From Xylella taiwanensis (GTDB lineage Bacteria > Pseudomonadota > Gammaproteobacteria > Xanthomonadales > Xanthomonadaceae): DNA of 32,000 nucleotides. Each line of letters opens with the position of its first letter. Within the stretch, counting starts at the first letter, position 1. A program made the position numbers and the translations under genes. The notes under the pieces were generated by a model, which was not told the origin of the DNA, searched no databases, and was given only the letters and a program-made list of their open reading frames with translations. This document shows positions 18,101 to 28,057 of the stretch, in pieces. The stretch covers positions 750,001 to 782,000 of the forward strand of contig NZ_CP053627.1 of NCBI RefSeq assembly GCF_013177435.1, written 5' to 3'.

Positions 18101-18880
18101 GGGGACCTGCTGGGCACGCTGTGGCGCTTCAGTCTTACCGATCGCGTGTGGAAGGCGGAGCCGATGTTCAATGCCGAGTATCAGGGAAAGGCGCAGCCGA
18201 TCACCGCAACGCCGCTGGGGGCCATCGAGCGATCCACTGGACGCACGTGGATCTTCTTTGGGACGGGCCGTGCGTTGTCTTCGCATGATCTGGGTAACAA
18301 GGAGGTCCAGAGCTGGTATGGCTTGATTGACCAGGGGACGACGATCAAAGGGCGCAGCACGCTCAGCCAGGTGCAGATTCTTGATGAGGGCGAAGTCAAT
18401 CATGATGCCGTTCGTGTGGTGGCCGATCCTGGCAATGTTGGTGCTGATGGCTGGTACATGGATTTGATCTCGCCGCAGTCCGGCAAGCAGGGAGAACGGA
18501 TGATCGTATCCAACATGTTCCGTGGAGGGGTGCTGATCGGGACCACCCGAATCCCGGATAACAGCAATGTCTGCAAGCCCAGTGGCAAGGGTTTTGTGAT
18601 GGCGATTAATCCGTTCACAGGTGGGCGATTGCGTCAATGGTTTTTCGATTTAGGCAACACCGGTGGTGCGGGCAGTGGTAGTACGCTCAATGGCAATCCG
18701 GTATCCGGGGTGGGTGTGGACAGTGCGCCGAATAGTCCGGTGTTTACCGGGCACATCATGCAGGTGGGGACTGATGATGGCACGGTCACGTCGCTCAAGA
18801 CACCGCCTTCCAGCGGTGGCTACAACATGAGCCGTGTCTCATGGCGTGAAATCCTGAGGTCTGAATTTACGAAAAAATAA
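15185..18880 (+). CDS. pilY1: Type IV pilus tip-associated adhesin/biogenesis factor PilY1 (PilC family), 1231 aa
   Basis: AAGGAG at 15174-15179 precedes ATG 15185. The signal peptide is [32 protein letters not shown], followed by the ISQSPLY motif typical of PilY1 N-termini. C-terminal beta-propeller hallmarks are present ([54 protein letters not shown]). The track start at 15149 is an upstream TTG. Confidence 0.9.
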   Translation: MSKMILNNVLFLRCVATVCIGTLAGISGAVQAGVEISQSPLYVGSEVPGNLAIVASVEYPTLVSVANLASTYTQGVRYVGYFDSNKCYQYNYSADERQRYFYPVASPRPKADYSCDTSRGAWAGNFLNWAATQTIDPFRSALTGGYRVRDTTNETILEKADMDRPYQVNYPRRTLEGRNLLAASVPAQWGRFRIRIDGLGNTMRFTQATPAFSNWWQEPLEKDGQFYDPSKHALNWNDNGIYEVSVRVKVCDPLVGLEPNCVAYPSGSYKPEGLIQQYSKRIRYSIFGYKNDDSTVVDGGVLRANQKFVGPKTYYPNEGEKTNPYAEWDAQTGIFYPNPNPADAAATTQRVGRTIAHSGVINYLNRFSQMNTGKSAKGYDPVSELYYTVVRYFKGLGDIPEYSVLTGSVNEKYQQADAFPVITTWDDPIRYACQSNVVLGIGDTHTNFDKNLPGDTNTEGEPAKPQLVRNDTSVDVVKRMAQIFQMEGRSRADALAAARASTFNFHNKNSAYIAALAYDAHTKDMRPDLEGDQFLTTYWVDVVEAEDYKNPVETNQYWLAAKYGGFQVPAGYDPDKTLKALPEATWWSSREYFTDDKNNRTFKRADNFYIAADAEKMVSSLNKAFSRIVAETKGSGTGLSSNGARLETGAVTYQTQFFSGTWRGDLSAYHVDKVTGALTPFWSANANFPAWDRRVIKFSSAATLKDFTKNNLSQTPLASASAAQIDYLRGNRSQEGSGPGKLRVRSGLMGDIVNSQPLYVGAPNPRLYTAARFSGASAYAAFAAVQANRVPVIYVGANDGMLHAFNANNGTEIFAFVPQAAMPRLLEYTDQNYVHQYYVDGELTAADIYDTTLRTWRSVLVGTLGRGGTGVFALDVTDPSNIGVLWDKTSTDISGLGNILNKPMIVQTSDGTWSVLLGNGPNSTADNAQLIVINLLTGQATQIAVSKASSNGLSGVLPWSSQGNGITDRVYAGDLLGTLWRFSLTDRVWKAEPMFNAEYQGKAQPITATPLGAIERSTGRTWIFFGTGRALSSHDLGNKEVQSWYGLIDQGTTIKGRSTLSQVQILDEGEVNHDAVRVVADPGNVGADGWYMDLISPQSGKQGERMIVSNMFRGGVLIGTTRIPDNSNVCKPSGKGFVMAINPFTGGRLRQWFFDLGNTGGAGSGSTLNGNPVSGVGVDSAPNSPVFTGHIMQVGTDDGTVTSLKTPPSSGGYNMSRVSWREILRSEFTKK

Positions 18881-19242
18881 TGGATAGAGGTGCTCCATCA
18901 TCTGGATTATTTCTACAATGCTTGGAAGCTCTTAAAGAGCGTATTATCCCCTCAGCGGCAGTGACCAACCGTGCAGATTAGGCTCACCAAGGAGAAAAAT
19001 ACTTCCAGGTGCATTCACAGGATCTAGCAAATGTAGTACGTAACGGGCTATTTACTACACCCCTTGAGGCTGGATGGATAATCAACTACTGCTCTAACAT
19101 TGCCCAGGGTTACACAGGGGCGAATCCAGCACATGGCGATAGGGGCAAATGATGGTATGCCGGGTGATTTCGTGTGCCGAGTTCAATAAAGATTACTTAG
19201 TTGTTGCTATGTCGTATCAGTTATCTTTACGGTCATGACCAA

Positions 19243-19275
19243 GCTGCATCTCAATATGTTGTATTGAGATGCAGC
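19243..19275. repeat. Perfect 14-bp inverted repeat / hairpin
   Basis: GCTGCATCTCAATA (19243-19256), a TGTTG loop, then TATTGAGATGCAGC (19262-19275). It is intergenic between convergent pilY1 and the 158-aa ORF, and no U-tract follows on either strand. Confidence 0.8.
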
Positions 19276-19401
19276 AGGTCTGCCCTCTTAAGATGCATGA
19301 CTACAAGCCGCAATCCATGAAGCTTAATTATGATCTCTTACTTTGATTATGTTTACTGAAATCCTTTTCATTTGCGAATGAAATTTTCATTCTTCCTTTT
19401 T

Positions 19402-19460
19402 TCAAGTAGCACAGCGCTATTGTGCTTACTTGAGTGAAAAAACCGCCTGTCACCGGGGGC
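19402..19460 (-). terminator. Candidate terminator region for the 19531-20007 ORF
   Basis: Read on the minus strand, a short GC stem (CCCCC/GGCGG with one mismatch) is followed by U6 (complement of A19437-19442). Immediately after it comes a 12-bp bulged hairpin (19402-19433). Confidence 0.35.
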
Positions 19461-19530
19461 AAAAAAGAAACAGCGCACAACTTAGCCTGGCTTTGGTATG
19501 GGAAGGGCAAAGTCTGCCGCACAGCATCGC

Positions 19531-20007
19531 TTACTTGGCTTCAGATACCGATTGCACGCTGTTATTAGGTTGACTCGGGATAACATGCACTCCACGCGCT
19601 TTCATCCATGCGTCGAACTCATCCGCTGTCATGCGCTTACCTTCTTGGCTCATGTTGAAGCGCCAGGGCGTGTTGTCGTAAATGGTTTGCTGCTTGTAAT
19701 CGGTATTGTTATTTAACTTGACTGCACTTTCGAGTGAAGGCGCTTTGGCAATGCTTTGGTGACTATTTACCCGCAAGTGTAGCAACACGGGGTCTATTAA
19801 ATACTCGCTGTTGTAAGTTTTTGACAGTACTCTGCTGGGTATGCCTAATGCGATGTTTGGGTTGTAGAACACAGTGTTTACTTGTGTAACCACCGTCGCT
19901 GGAACCAATTGATTAAAAGGGGTGTTGACAGAATACTGAGGCGTGGAAGCCTCTACGACAGAAGTCACTAAGAGATACAAAAAACCAGCTGTAGCGAAAC
20001 GCAGCAT
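19531..20007 (-). CDS. Hypothetical secreted protein, 158 aa
   Basis: N-terminal signal peptide MLRFATAGFLYLLVTSVVEAS. It is the only long ORF in this interval, and I recognise no family. Confidence 0.55.
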   Translation of the reverse strand: MLRFATAGFLYLLVTSVVEASTPQYSVNTPFNQLVPATVVTQVNTVFYNPNIALGIPSRVLSKTYNSEYLIDPVLLHLRVNSHQSIAKAPSLESAVKLNNNTDYKQQTIYDNTPWRFNMSQEGKRMTADEFDAWMKARGVHVIPSQPNNSVQSVSEAK

Positions 20008-20439
20008 AGTGAAGTTTATCCGCTGGATTGAAAGTCATTGCAGTTTAGACTGCGGTTGCTACGCTTTCAACCAATTTTAATTGAGATATGAATAAAATGA
20101 GAGAATCTTAACATTGCATTCGAATATGTACTAACTAAAGTGTGTTCCGATTTGAAATCTAAGCTGGCAGCTTGCTTAGATATTAAATCTCTGTCTAAAG
20201 GGGGCGTTAGGTTATTCTCAATATTAAGTTAAAAAATCATTTATCGAGCCAGATTATAATTTAGCCTCATCACTTGGGACATGCAGTCATTTGATTTGAA
20301 AATCGTGCTTGAACAGGATTTGCACTTCCCCAGCTTCCTATGCGGTGAGATTAAATTTAGTTAATTGACTAGCTGATTTGGTTTTGTTACACAAATTGAG
20401 CGAAAAGTCAGCCTAACCAATCCAGGACGGATTGATGGC

Positions 20440-21400
20440 TTGGTGATGATCACTAGGGGTTCAGAGTTGGGTGAAACGGTCGAGCAATGCAGCTTGTTCC
20501 TGAAGCTCTGTAATCTGATGGGCAAAGTCACCAGACATCATGTGCGTGCCCAGCCATTCCAAATACCACACTTATGGTTGCAACGATGTAGCATTGATGG
20601 TCAACGCTTATCCTCCGACCCAGGCCCGGTGTTGCCTTGATGATTCCCGAGGGTTTCATGGCCTGTGGGCACTCGGAGGATATGTTTTCCATCGCCCGGC
20701 ATTTCTTCTGTTGGTGGTCTCGATGGCGCGTATTTCCTATGGTCTGGACGTCACATCTCAGATGTACCTTGCGCCACTGACGGCAGTAGTCAGTACCGCA
20801 CTGCTTTGTTTTTTATTTTTCTTTCACTGGGTATCTTGACACCCGTGCTATCCACCAGCCGTTCCCAAACATCGCTCCTGCCACCTAGGGTATGGCGAGC
20901 TGCAAGTACTTTTATCGCCAAGAGATCGTGTTGAAATCCGGTGCCGGCCAATCCAGGCTTGCCAATCTCGGCAGACTGTCTGCCAGCCAATGCTTCGATG
21001 TCATGACAGGCCAAACAAACACTTCAGCGTTATGCGGTGGTGACTGGCCACGTGTGCTGTCACTACCGGCAAACCATGCGGTCTCTTGTCTTGTCAGAGA
21101 CCTTGCAAGCTTCGGGATTTGAGTGCTGTGTTATCCGCTCATCAGTCCGTCGTTCGGTACTTCTTTTCTGTCGGCTTTATCAGGTCTATTCGAGCACACA
21201 TGTCCAGTCCAGCAACGTGTATGCCTATGTGTGCAACAAAGTCCGGTATCTGGGAATAAATTGAAACTAACTTCAATAGAAAATGGAGTACGACCGAGCC
21301 ATCATCTGGAAAAGACAGATCTTTTATGAAGGCCGGTTCTATCTCACTCATTCTTGAATGCGAACAACACCCTCTGGTAGAGCTGTAATGATACATAGTG
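20440..21400 (-). pseudogene. IS5-family (IS903-like) transposase relic, broken by multiple frameshifts and stops
   Basis: Minus-strand fragments in three frames keep the order of my recollection of the IS903 transposase. FPDDGSVVLHFLLKLV...PDFVAHIGIHVAGLD (21142-21396) corresponds to YSDLAI..VLVIKRVF..QGFIDSI. WERLVDSTGVKI (within 20790-21014) corresponds to HLVIDSTGLKV. The frame-shifted RQWRKVHLRCDVQT (20782-20741) corresponds to RRIWRKLHLAVDS. The plus strand carries only short overlapping ORFs in all frames. The element ends are not defined. Confidence 0.6.
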
Positions 21401-21441
21401 AGGTGTTTTTGTGTGTACAGCGAATTTGCATGCTGCGAGGT

Positions 21442-21831
21442 TTACTCGCCGTTGGTATCGCTAGGAGCGACTGCACTGCGGTTGTGGTGAGTGCTGCGTC
21501 GTACTTCAACGTTGTCAGCATGCTCATTGAGCAGATGCTCGGCTTGGCCATTGATGACGATGTTCTTTTTGTTCTTGATCTTATATTTACGGTAGAGCAT
21601 ATAGCCAGCCACCCCGATGCCTACCACTGCAACAGCAACGGCGATGCTAGGGTTGCGCTTGATGAACTTACCGGTCATTTTTCCGCTGGTTTTGACTGCA
21701 CCCAAGGCAGCACCGCTTTTCAACCAGTTGCTAGCATGCGGTGTAGTGGAGCGGAGGCGGTTATTGGCATGCTGAGCTAGATCCATGGTGTGTTTCAGAG
21801 CACGGTCGGTCATGGTGGTGAGCTTGTTCAT
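21442..21831 (-). CDS. Hypothetical single-pass membrane protein (ElaB/YqjD DUF883-like core with a C-terminal extension), 129 aa
   Basis: AAGGAA lies 8 nt upstream of ATG 21831. The segment KRNPSIAVAVAVVGIGVAGYMLYRKY resembles the NPW..IGVAAGxGxLLGLLLxRR membrane anchor of DUF883 proteins, but here about 45 more residues follow it. The family call is tentative. Confidence 0.6.
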   Translation of the reverse strand: MNKLTTMTDRALKHTMDLAQHANNRLRSTTPHASNWLKSGAALGAVKTSGKMTGKFIKRNPSIAVAVAVVGIGVAGYMLYRKYKIKNKKNIVINGQAEHLLNEHADNVEVRRSTHHNRSAVAPSDTNGE

Positions 21832-22089
21832 TAATGGGTTCCTTGTCCAGTGAAAAGCGGCTAGTGTGTGTGTGCTGCAATATATAGGTCATATCATGCT
21901 AGCGGGTGCCTATATCTTTAGCTGACGCTAAGTCAAGCATGCTCTACACCCGTGTATGGCAGGGTAACAGCGGAAATGCCATTCTACGTATGCTAAACGA
22001 TCGCTGCGGAGATTTGGTGTGGTCTTAGATGGAATTATCCAGTGAGAGTCTATATGGAGTGCGGTGGCACCGTTACCATGGCAGCTATA

Positions 22090-24600
22090 TCACCTTCCCT
22101 GTGATTTCGTGCGGTAGGTGGCGATTGCTGTCCATGGATCGTCTGGCCATGGGTGTTTTGGATAGCGCCCTTTCATTTCTTTCTTCACTTCCGGATACGT
22201 GTTAGTCCAAAAGCTTTTCAAATCCTGAGTTACTTGCAGCGGCCGGCCGCCGGGTGAGAGCAGGTGTAGAGTGAGAGGTATACGGTTTCTGGCGATGCGC
22301 GGGGTATCGGGCAGACCAAACAATTCCTGTAGTTTGACGGCAAGGACAGGCGGTTGCGGCGTGTCATCGTCGGCCAACCTATAGTCAACGTGGCGTTCCA
22401 TCCCGGAGGGTACGATGATGCGTGCGGGCGCGTGACGGTCGATCAGTGGGTGCTGTGCCCATGACAGTAGCGATTTCAGTGCTTCCTCGAGTGCCGTTTG
22501 GTCCAGTGCATCCAATCTGGTTTTCCCGGCTAAGGCTGGTGTTAACCAAGTGTCCAGTGTTGCTAGTAACGCTGTGTCGGACAGGTCTGGGAGTTCAAGT
22601 TCCGGCATCCACTGACGCAGTGCCACGGCACGTGCCTGCCACTGGCGTAGGTGCTTTGTCCACGACAGCGTATCTAAGCCGAGTGTGCGTATGGCTCCGG
22701 TTAATGCGTTTGCAGCCTGTGCCGGATCTACGTGCCCGGCGGGGCGTACGTCGAGCACGATGCGGTCGAAGCAGCATTCACGCTGCGCCACCAAGGCGCG
22801 TTTATCTATTTCCCAGCGTACTACATCGTGTTGGGTGAAGCGTTCGGGGAAGTTAGCGTGCAACCGTCCCTCGTCCAGAGGGGCACCGCATCGCAGTTGG
22901 ACGTCTTTGATACCGTGATGCAGCTCGCTGGCGATGACCCAAGGTTCGCCATGCAGGTCGCTGTTGTCGAACAGGCGCATACGGCGGCCGTTGGCCAGTA
23001 CGTAATACAGTGGGTCACTGGAGTGGCGCGCGGCGATGCGTTCAGGGAAAGCATGTGTGAGCAGGTTGCCGAGCGTGTGTGCTTCGACCTCATCCGGTGG
23101 TGTGACCTCACAGCGTATGCGCCGTCGCCATTGTTTCGCTGCGACGTCAATGGTGCTCAGTGTGTTGCGTCTGGCGTCGTGAGAGATCCGGCCACTGCGT
23201 AATCCTGCTAACGCGCGCCAGCGCGTGATCAACGCGTCGCTGCTGCCGCGCAGTGGATCGCGCGCCTCGAGTAATGCGGCCAAGTCGCACGCCAGTGCCT
23301 GCTCTTGCGGATCGTGTGGGGCCAACAGCATGGCTGCCAGGCGTGGATGGATGCCCAGTGTCAGCATGCGTTGCCCCAGGGGCGTCAGGGTGGCCGTGTC
23401 ACTGATAGCACCCAGTCGTTGTAGCAGTTCACGTGCGGCGCTCAGCGCACCGGCTGGCGGTGGGTCGATGAAGCGCAGCGTGGTACTGCCCCAGGCGGCC
23501 AGTTCTAGTGCCAGACCAGATAATTCGATCTGGGTCATTTCCGGCCGGCGTTGTGCTTCCAGTCGCTGTGATTGAGGCCACAGCCGATAGGCCCAACCCG
23601 CGGCGACGCGGCCCGCCCGCCCAGCACGTTGGTCAGCCGAACTCTGCGCGATGCTCACCACGTCCAGCCGTGTGAAGCCGGTATTCGGATCGTAGACAGG
23701 CTCACGCGCTAATCCGCTGTCGATCACTACCGATATCCCGGGTAGGGTGATTGAGGATTCAGCCACATTGGTGGCCAGCACGATGCGCCGCCGTCCATTG
23801 GGATCCGGTTGTAGCACGTGTGCTTGTTGTTCCAGCGGCAGTTCCCCGTGTAGTGGCAGCACTTGCAACGCCGGGTCGAGTGTTTTCTCCAGTGTGGCTT
23901 GTAACCGGGTGATCTCTCGCTGGCCGGGCAGGAAGATCAGCACGTCACCTTGGTGCGTGGTCAAAGCGTGCTCGATGGCGCGACGTGCGTGTGGTTCCAG
24001 TGATTCATCACGGCGCGCAGGAAAGTGGGTGATCTCAACAGGATAGCCACGCCCCTCGCTGGTCAGCCGTGGTGCATCGAGGAATTGCGCTAAGCGTTCA
24101 CCCTGCAGCGTCGCTGACATCACGACAATACGCAGATCCCCACGTAGCTGTGCCTGCACATCCAGCGCCAACGCCAAGCTAAGGTCGCTGGTCAGATGAC
24201 GCTCGTGGAATTCATCGAATAGCAGCGCGTCGATGCCATCCAGTAGCGGATCCTCCTGGATGATCCGGGTCAGGATGCCTTCGGTGACGACGTGAATGCG
24301 GGTGCGTGCAGAGACTTTATTTTCAAAACGGATGCGATAGCCGACAAGCCCACCGACGTCTTCACCACATTGGCGCGCCATGAACAGTGCAGCATTGCGT
24401 GCGGCGACCCGGCGTGGTTCTAAAAGTATGATGTTGCGCCCATCAAGCCACGGTGCATCGAGCAAGGCCAGCGGCACCTGGGTGGTTTTTCCGGCCCCGG
24501 GCGGTGCTTCTAAAATCAGGCGCGGATGATTGGACAAGCTAGTTGTGATCGCTGGCAGCAGCGTAGCAATTGGGAAGGCGTAGCTATTCATGCGGTGCAA
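22090..24600 (-). CDS. hrpB: ATP-dependent RNA helicase HrpB (DEAH box), 836 aa
   Basis: Motif I APPGAGKTTQVP, motif II DEFHER, motif III MSAT and motif VI QRAGRAGR are present. The length and the C-terminal HrpB-type extension also fit. Confidence 0.93.
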   Translation of the reverse strand: MHRMNSYAFPIATLLPAITTSLSNHPRLILEAPPGAGKTTQVPLALLDAPWLDGRNIILLEPRRVAARNAALFMARQCGEDVGGLVGYRIRFENKVSARTRIHVVTEGILTRIIQEDPLLDGIDALLFDEFHERHLTSDLSLALALDVQAQLRGDLRIVVMSATLQGERLAQFLDAPRLTSEGRGYPVEITHFPARRDESLEPHARRAIEHALTTHQGDVLIFLPGQREITRLQATLEKTLDPALQVLPLHGELPLEQQAHVLQPDPNGRRRIVLATNVAESSITLPGISVVIDSGLAREPVYDPNTGFTRLDVVSIAQSSADQRAGRAGRVAAGWAYRLWPQSQRLEAQRRPEMTQIELSGLALELAAWGSTTLRFIDPPPAGALSAARELLQRLGAISDTATLTPLGQRMLTLGIHPRLAAMLLAPHDPQEQALACDLAALLEARDPLRGSSDALITRWRALAGLRSGRISHDARRNTLSTIDVAAKQWRRRIRCEVTPPDEVEAHTLGNLLTHAFPERIAARHSSDPLYYVLANGRRMRLFDNSDLHGEPWVIASELHHGIKDVQLRCGAPLDEGRLHANFPERFTQHDVVRWEIDKRALVAQRECCFDRIVLDVRPAGHVDPAQAANALTGAIRTLGLDTLSWTKHLRQWQARAVALRQWMPELELPDLSDTALLATLDTWLTPALAGKTRLDALDQTALEEALKSLLSWAQHPLIDRHAPARIIVPSGMERHVDYRLADDDTPQPPVLAVKLQELFGLPDTPRIARNRIPLTLHLLSPGGRPLQVTQDLKSFWTNTYPEVKKEMKGRYPKHPWPDDPWTAIATYRTKSQGR

Positions 24601-26383
24601 CGGATATGGGAGTTGTGGCGATGTGGTGCGGGATTGCCTTGCCCATCACATCAGAACAACACGTGTAGTGATTTGAAGAAGTGGGGACTGGCCAATGGGT
24701 GTGATATGCCGAGTGCAATCAGTATGCCGTTTGTCGCCAACATGGGGATTTTCGCATGTCAATGACAGCAGACACAGGTGATGTCTAACGTTAAATCGGC
24801 AATAATGTGTGCTGCTTGGTTGAGCACGCTGATTCACTAGAACTGGCTTTGCAGTGGGCTGTATGCGGTATCGATGTTGATTTTGAAATCATATTGCCGT
24901 TATGCAAGTTGCAGTGCGAAACATTAAATGACGTTCGGGGTTTCGCTGGCCGCAACATCGCATTGCAAACGGATGTTTAACTGAAACGTCTTTCACAGCA
25001 CGACATGCCCTGCAAGTATCCTTTGATAGAAGGGAGTGCCCGAGAGGACTCATGATAGACATCGCTTCACGACCCAATCCTCATGTGTGGTTCTGTCCGA
25101 TGTAGTTAGGAATCATGGGGCGGATTCAATGTTTGATCCCATCACATCAAGTGATGAAGAGAATCAAAGGAGGGCGTTGACTTGAGCGGTTGCATTGCCA
25201 AGTGAAGCGCCCCACGGCCCATGTGGACTGGCCACTCAAACCAGCGTGAACGTTCTTATATCCATGCCTTGCATGACACTGATTGCTTACAAGGTGTCAT
25301 CACCTTTTCCCCGCGCCTGTGTCTTCAGTACTGCCAGCCGCATCATATTGACCCATGTGACCACCCCAATCCAGGCGCAACGCCTACAGTGGACAGGCAA
25401 TTCCGGCGTCTGCGGACGCTTACCATGGACGAATCAAAACGGATCCAAGTCCATCGGTACGATGGTACGCAAGCGGTCACACAAAACAGATGGCAGCATG
25501 CGTCGGTATGGTTTCCACATGGGAGGAAGATCAGCCTATCTGTGTCAAACGAGCGACAAGAGTACCGTGTTGTCTGTGGTGGTCACGTTGCAGGTACGTC
25601 TTGCGTCATGATGCAAATCAACAGCGGCAGCATCGCCGTTGGCTTGATTGATCAGCGCTGGTTGAGGTCCGTTCTTAGTGGGGTAATGGGTAGCCTGCTT
25701 CCGGTGGTAGGGGCGTTACAGTCACGATGGCCGCGCCCATTCTTAACGTGTCGAAGACGGGACGTGCGACGTAGTGTCTGTCTCTTGTGGTAACGCAGTG
25801 ATCGTCACCAGCATTGATGTCCTGCTTTGGTCTGCATCTGTTGGACAGTTCATCCTTACGGGTGGTGCAACACTGCGTGAGCACTCTCTTGCGGCTGGTT
25901 CATGCGTCACAGGTGCTTGATCTGGACTCGATGTGATCGTTGCTGACTGCACTCTATGGTGATTTTCTGCACGAGTGCAGGTTCAGTGTGAAGATGCGCT
26001 GCAGAGATGCGCCGATGTGATGTCTGATCGCCTGAGGCGCAGCGAGCCATGCTGCGGCGGTGCTTGGCATATGGCTGATGCCGATTTGTACGGTTTCAGT
26101 CCGATATCCGATAAGCGTGGCGGATTGATTTTGGGGCAGATTCCTACGGCGATCATGGCTGCTGTTCTGAGCTGTGTTTGCAGCTTTTTTCAGAGGACAG
26201 TGGAGCGCATTTTTCTCTTGCCTCCAGCAGGCAACGGTAAGGTCAGGTGGGGCTTGGGGTCAGCATGGCGGATGTTAACGAAGATGCTGATCACACTTGG
26301 TATGTCTAGGTCGCCGTGTGCTAGCTGACTTGACCAGGTGGGGGAGTCTTCTTTTGGAGCGATGTTCCCCCATTTCATGGCAG

Positions 26384-26872
26384 TCATCTTAAGCTGCTGA
26401 CGAACACGCGTGCTAGTGATTCAATCCCGCTCTGGTCTTCGATATCGAAGCGAGCCAATGTTGGACTGTCCAGGTCGAGTACACCGATCAGCATGTCGTC
26501 TTTGAGGAGTGGAACCACCAGTTCAGAGCGTGAAGCCGAATCGCAAGCGATGTGTCCAGGGAATGTATCCACGTTGTCAATGCGGTGAGTGTGCCGAGTA
26601 CGTGCGGCAGCACCGCATACACCTTTGTCGAGTGGGATGCGTATACAAGCGGGTTGTCCTTGGAATGGACCAACGACCAATTCGCGGCCGTCGTAAAAAT
26701 AGAAGCCGACCCAATTCAGCGCAGGCAGGCTATGGAATATGAGTGCTGCAAGATTAGCGGCATTCGCAATCCGGTCGGTCTCACCGTGTATCAGTGCCTT
26801 GGCCTGGACCTCGAGTTGGGCGTACTGCTCTGGTTTATTGCCGGTGAGTATGCAAGGAGCCAACATCAGCAA
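26384..26872 (-). CDS. msrC: GAF-domain protein, free methionine-(R)-sulfoxide reductase MsrC/YebR-like, 162 aa
   Basis: The protein is collinear with my recollection of E. coli YebR: NWVGFYFYDGRELVVGPFQGQPACIRIPLDKGVCGAAA, then FPGHIACDSASRSELVVPL and IGVLDLDSP. Confidence 0.85.
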   Translation of the reverse strand: MLMLAPCILTGNKPEQYAQLEVQAKALIHGETDRIANAANLAALIFHSLPALNWVGFYFYDGRELVVGPFQGQPACIRIPLDKGVCGAAARTRHTHRIDNVDTFPGHIACDSASRSELVVPLLKDDMLIGVLDLDSPTLARFDIEDQSGIESLARVFVSSLR

Positions 26873-27142
26873 AGCCTTTAGAGTGTGTGATGGGTGTGAG
26901 TCGGCGCTTTTGTAAGCGTGTCAAGCTTCATGCTTTAAAAAGCTAATGCACGGTGGAATTAAAATATCGATCCTTATATACATTTAATGATAGGCGTGAA
27001 GCGAATAACATGCTTCAGTCGGATAAGTATGATGCAAGGAATGTAGATTTCTTGAAGCTCTCGTGCTTTATAGGATGGAAAACGATCAAGTTAAAGTACG
27101 CATCCTATAGTGTGTCATGAGTGGGGTTGCGTTGATGAAACG

Positions 27143-27171
27143 GATACCTTATCGGTGAATTCACCGGTATC
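27143..27171. promoter_or_regulatory. Palindrome: perfect 14-bp CGGTGAATTCACCG flanked by GATAC/GTATC arms
   Basis: CGGTGAATTCACCG (27153-27166) is its own reverse complement. The outer arms GATAC (27143-27147) and GTATC (27167-27171) are complementary, with a 5-nt asymmetric insert. It lies in a gene-less stretch and could be an operator or an RNA stem. Confidence 0.4.
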
Positions 27172-27211
27172 TCAATACATACTTGTTGGGATCATCAAGT
27201 ATGTTTTTATA

Positions 27212-27238
27212 AAGGCCAAAGTGGCCTTGGTTTATTTC
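27212..27238 (+). terminator. Candidate rho-independent terminator with no annotated upstream gene
   Basis: A 7-bp stem AAGGCCA (27212-27218) / TGGCCTT (27222-27228) with a 3-nt loop is followed by GGTTTATTTC. Confidence 0.45.
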
Positions 27239-28057
27239 AGTCAATATACATTGTTCCGTGTTTCATGCGGTGGCTGCTTTGCATATATCTTGGGCTGTTA
27301 TACATGTTGGAGGTATTATTTTTCTATCTTGATCGAAGGCTCAGTACCGTAGCTTCCTGGTTCTCTCTTCAATCTTCGTTGCTGCCTTAGGTGTCTAAAA
27401 AACGTTGCGCCGTGCCATATGATGCGAACGGCATTGATGCTTCACCATCGACATGCGGAATCCATTTTCTTTACTTTGTAAGCTGACATTATTCCTTGCA
27501 GCATGATGACTGTTCTTTGTTCTGCTGAGCTGTCCAAACAGCGTTTCACTGGAGACTCACGTAGCGGTTTAACTGGCCGTTTGTACGGCTGCTACCTGGG
27601 TCCCATGTCTTGTTTTTACAGCGGTCTCTATCCCTATCCTGTCTTCCACTCAGTCCTCAATGTGCCATGCCCTTAGGTCGAATTGTTGGTGCACCTGAAT
27701 CAACATCTTTCTTCATCTTGTTGGATGAGATCTGGCACGCATGCTTACTTGCGATGCGTGATTTATTTTTTGATTTTTCATTCGGAATGGATCAGAGCCC
27801 CACGTCTCCTGCCTAAAAAAGAAGTATGAGTGAGGAGTGCATTGAGGGTGTTACATGGTTCTGGATCGGTGCCGGTGTTTGTCCAACTCCAAGCATCAGA
27901 TTCCGTCTAAGTTGAAAGTGGAGGTGAAGTTTTACTACTCGTGGGCTGGCATGCTGTTTGACATTGTCGCTGCCGTTGCAGGATTTGAAAGTTCTAAGAT
28001 GTTCTTAAAATGTGAAATTTATCACTCTATCGTGTATCGCCTGGGTATACTGCGAAA

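Noticed and set aside
15212-18637. Numerous 60-200 aa ORFs on both strands inside pilY1
   Set aside because: All are nested in or antisense to a 1231-aa CDS with clear family motifs. They are Arg/Pro/Gly-rich shadow frames typical of GC-rich coding DNA.
18880-19152. Two short ORFs after pilY1: a 33-aa ORF starting by TAATG overlap at 18880, and a 47-aa GTG ORF at 19009-19152 preceded by AAGGAG. I considered these as pilY2/pilE-like remnants.
   Set aside because: There is no type IV pilin N-terminal motif (G-F-T/S-L-x-E) and no other recognisable similarity. They are too short to call without comparative data.
22422-24046. Plus-strand and off-frame ORFs inside hrpB
   Set aside because: They are shadow ORFs opposite a full-length DEAH helicase gene, with no independent signals.
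26190-26387. 65-aa minus-strand ORF whose ATG overlaps the msrC stop (ATGA)
   Set aside because: The overlap is suggestive of coupling. However, the product has no recognisable features and lies in the apparently degraded 24.6-26.4 kb stretch, so it is left uncalled pending conservation data.
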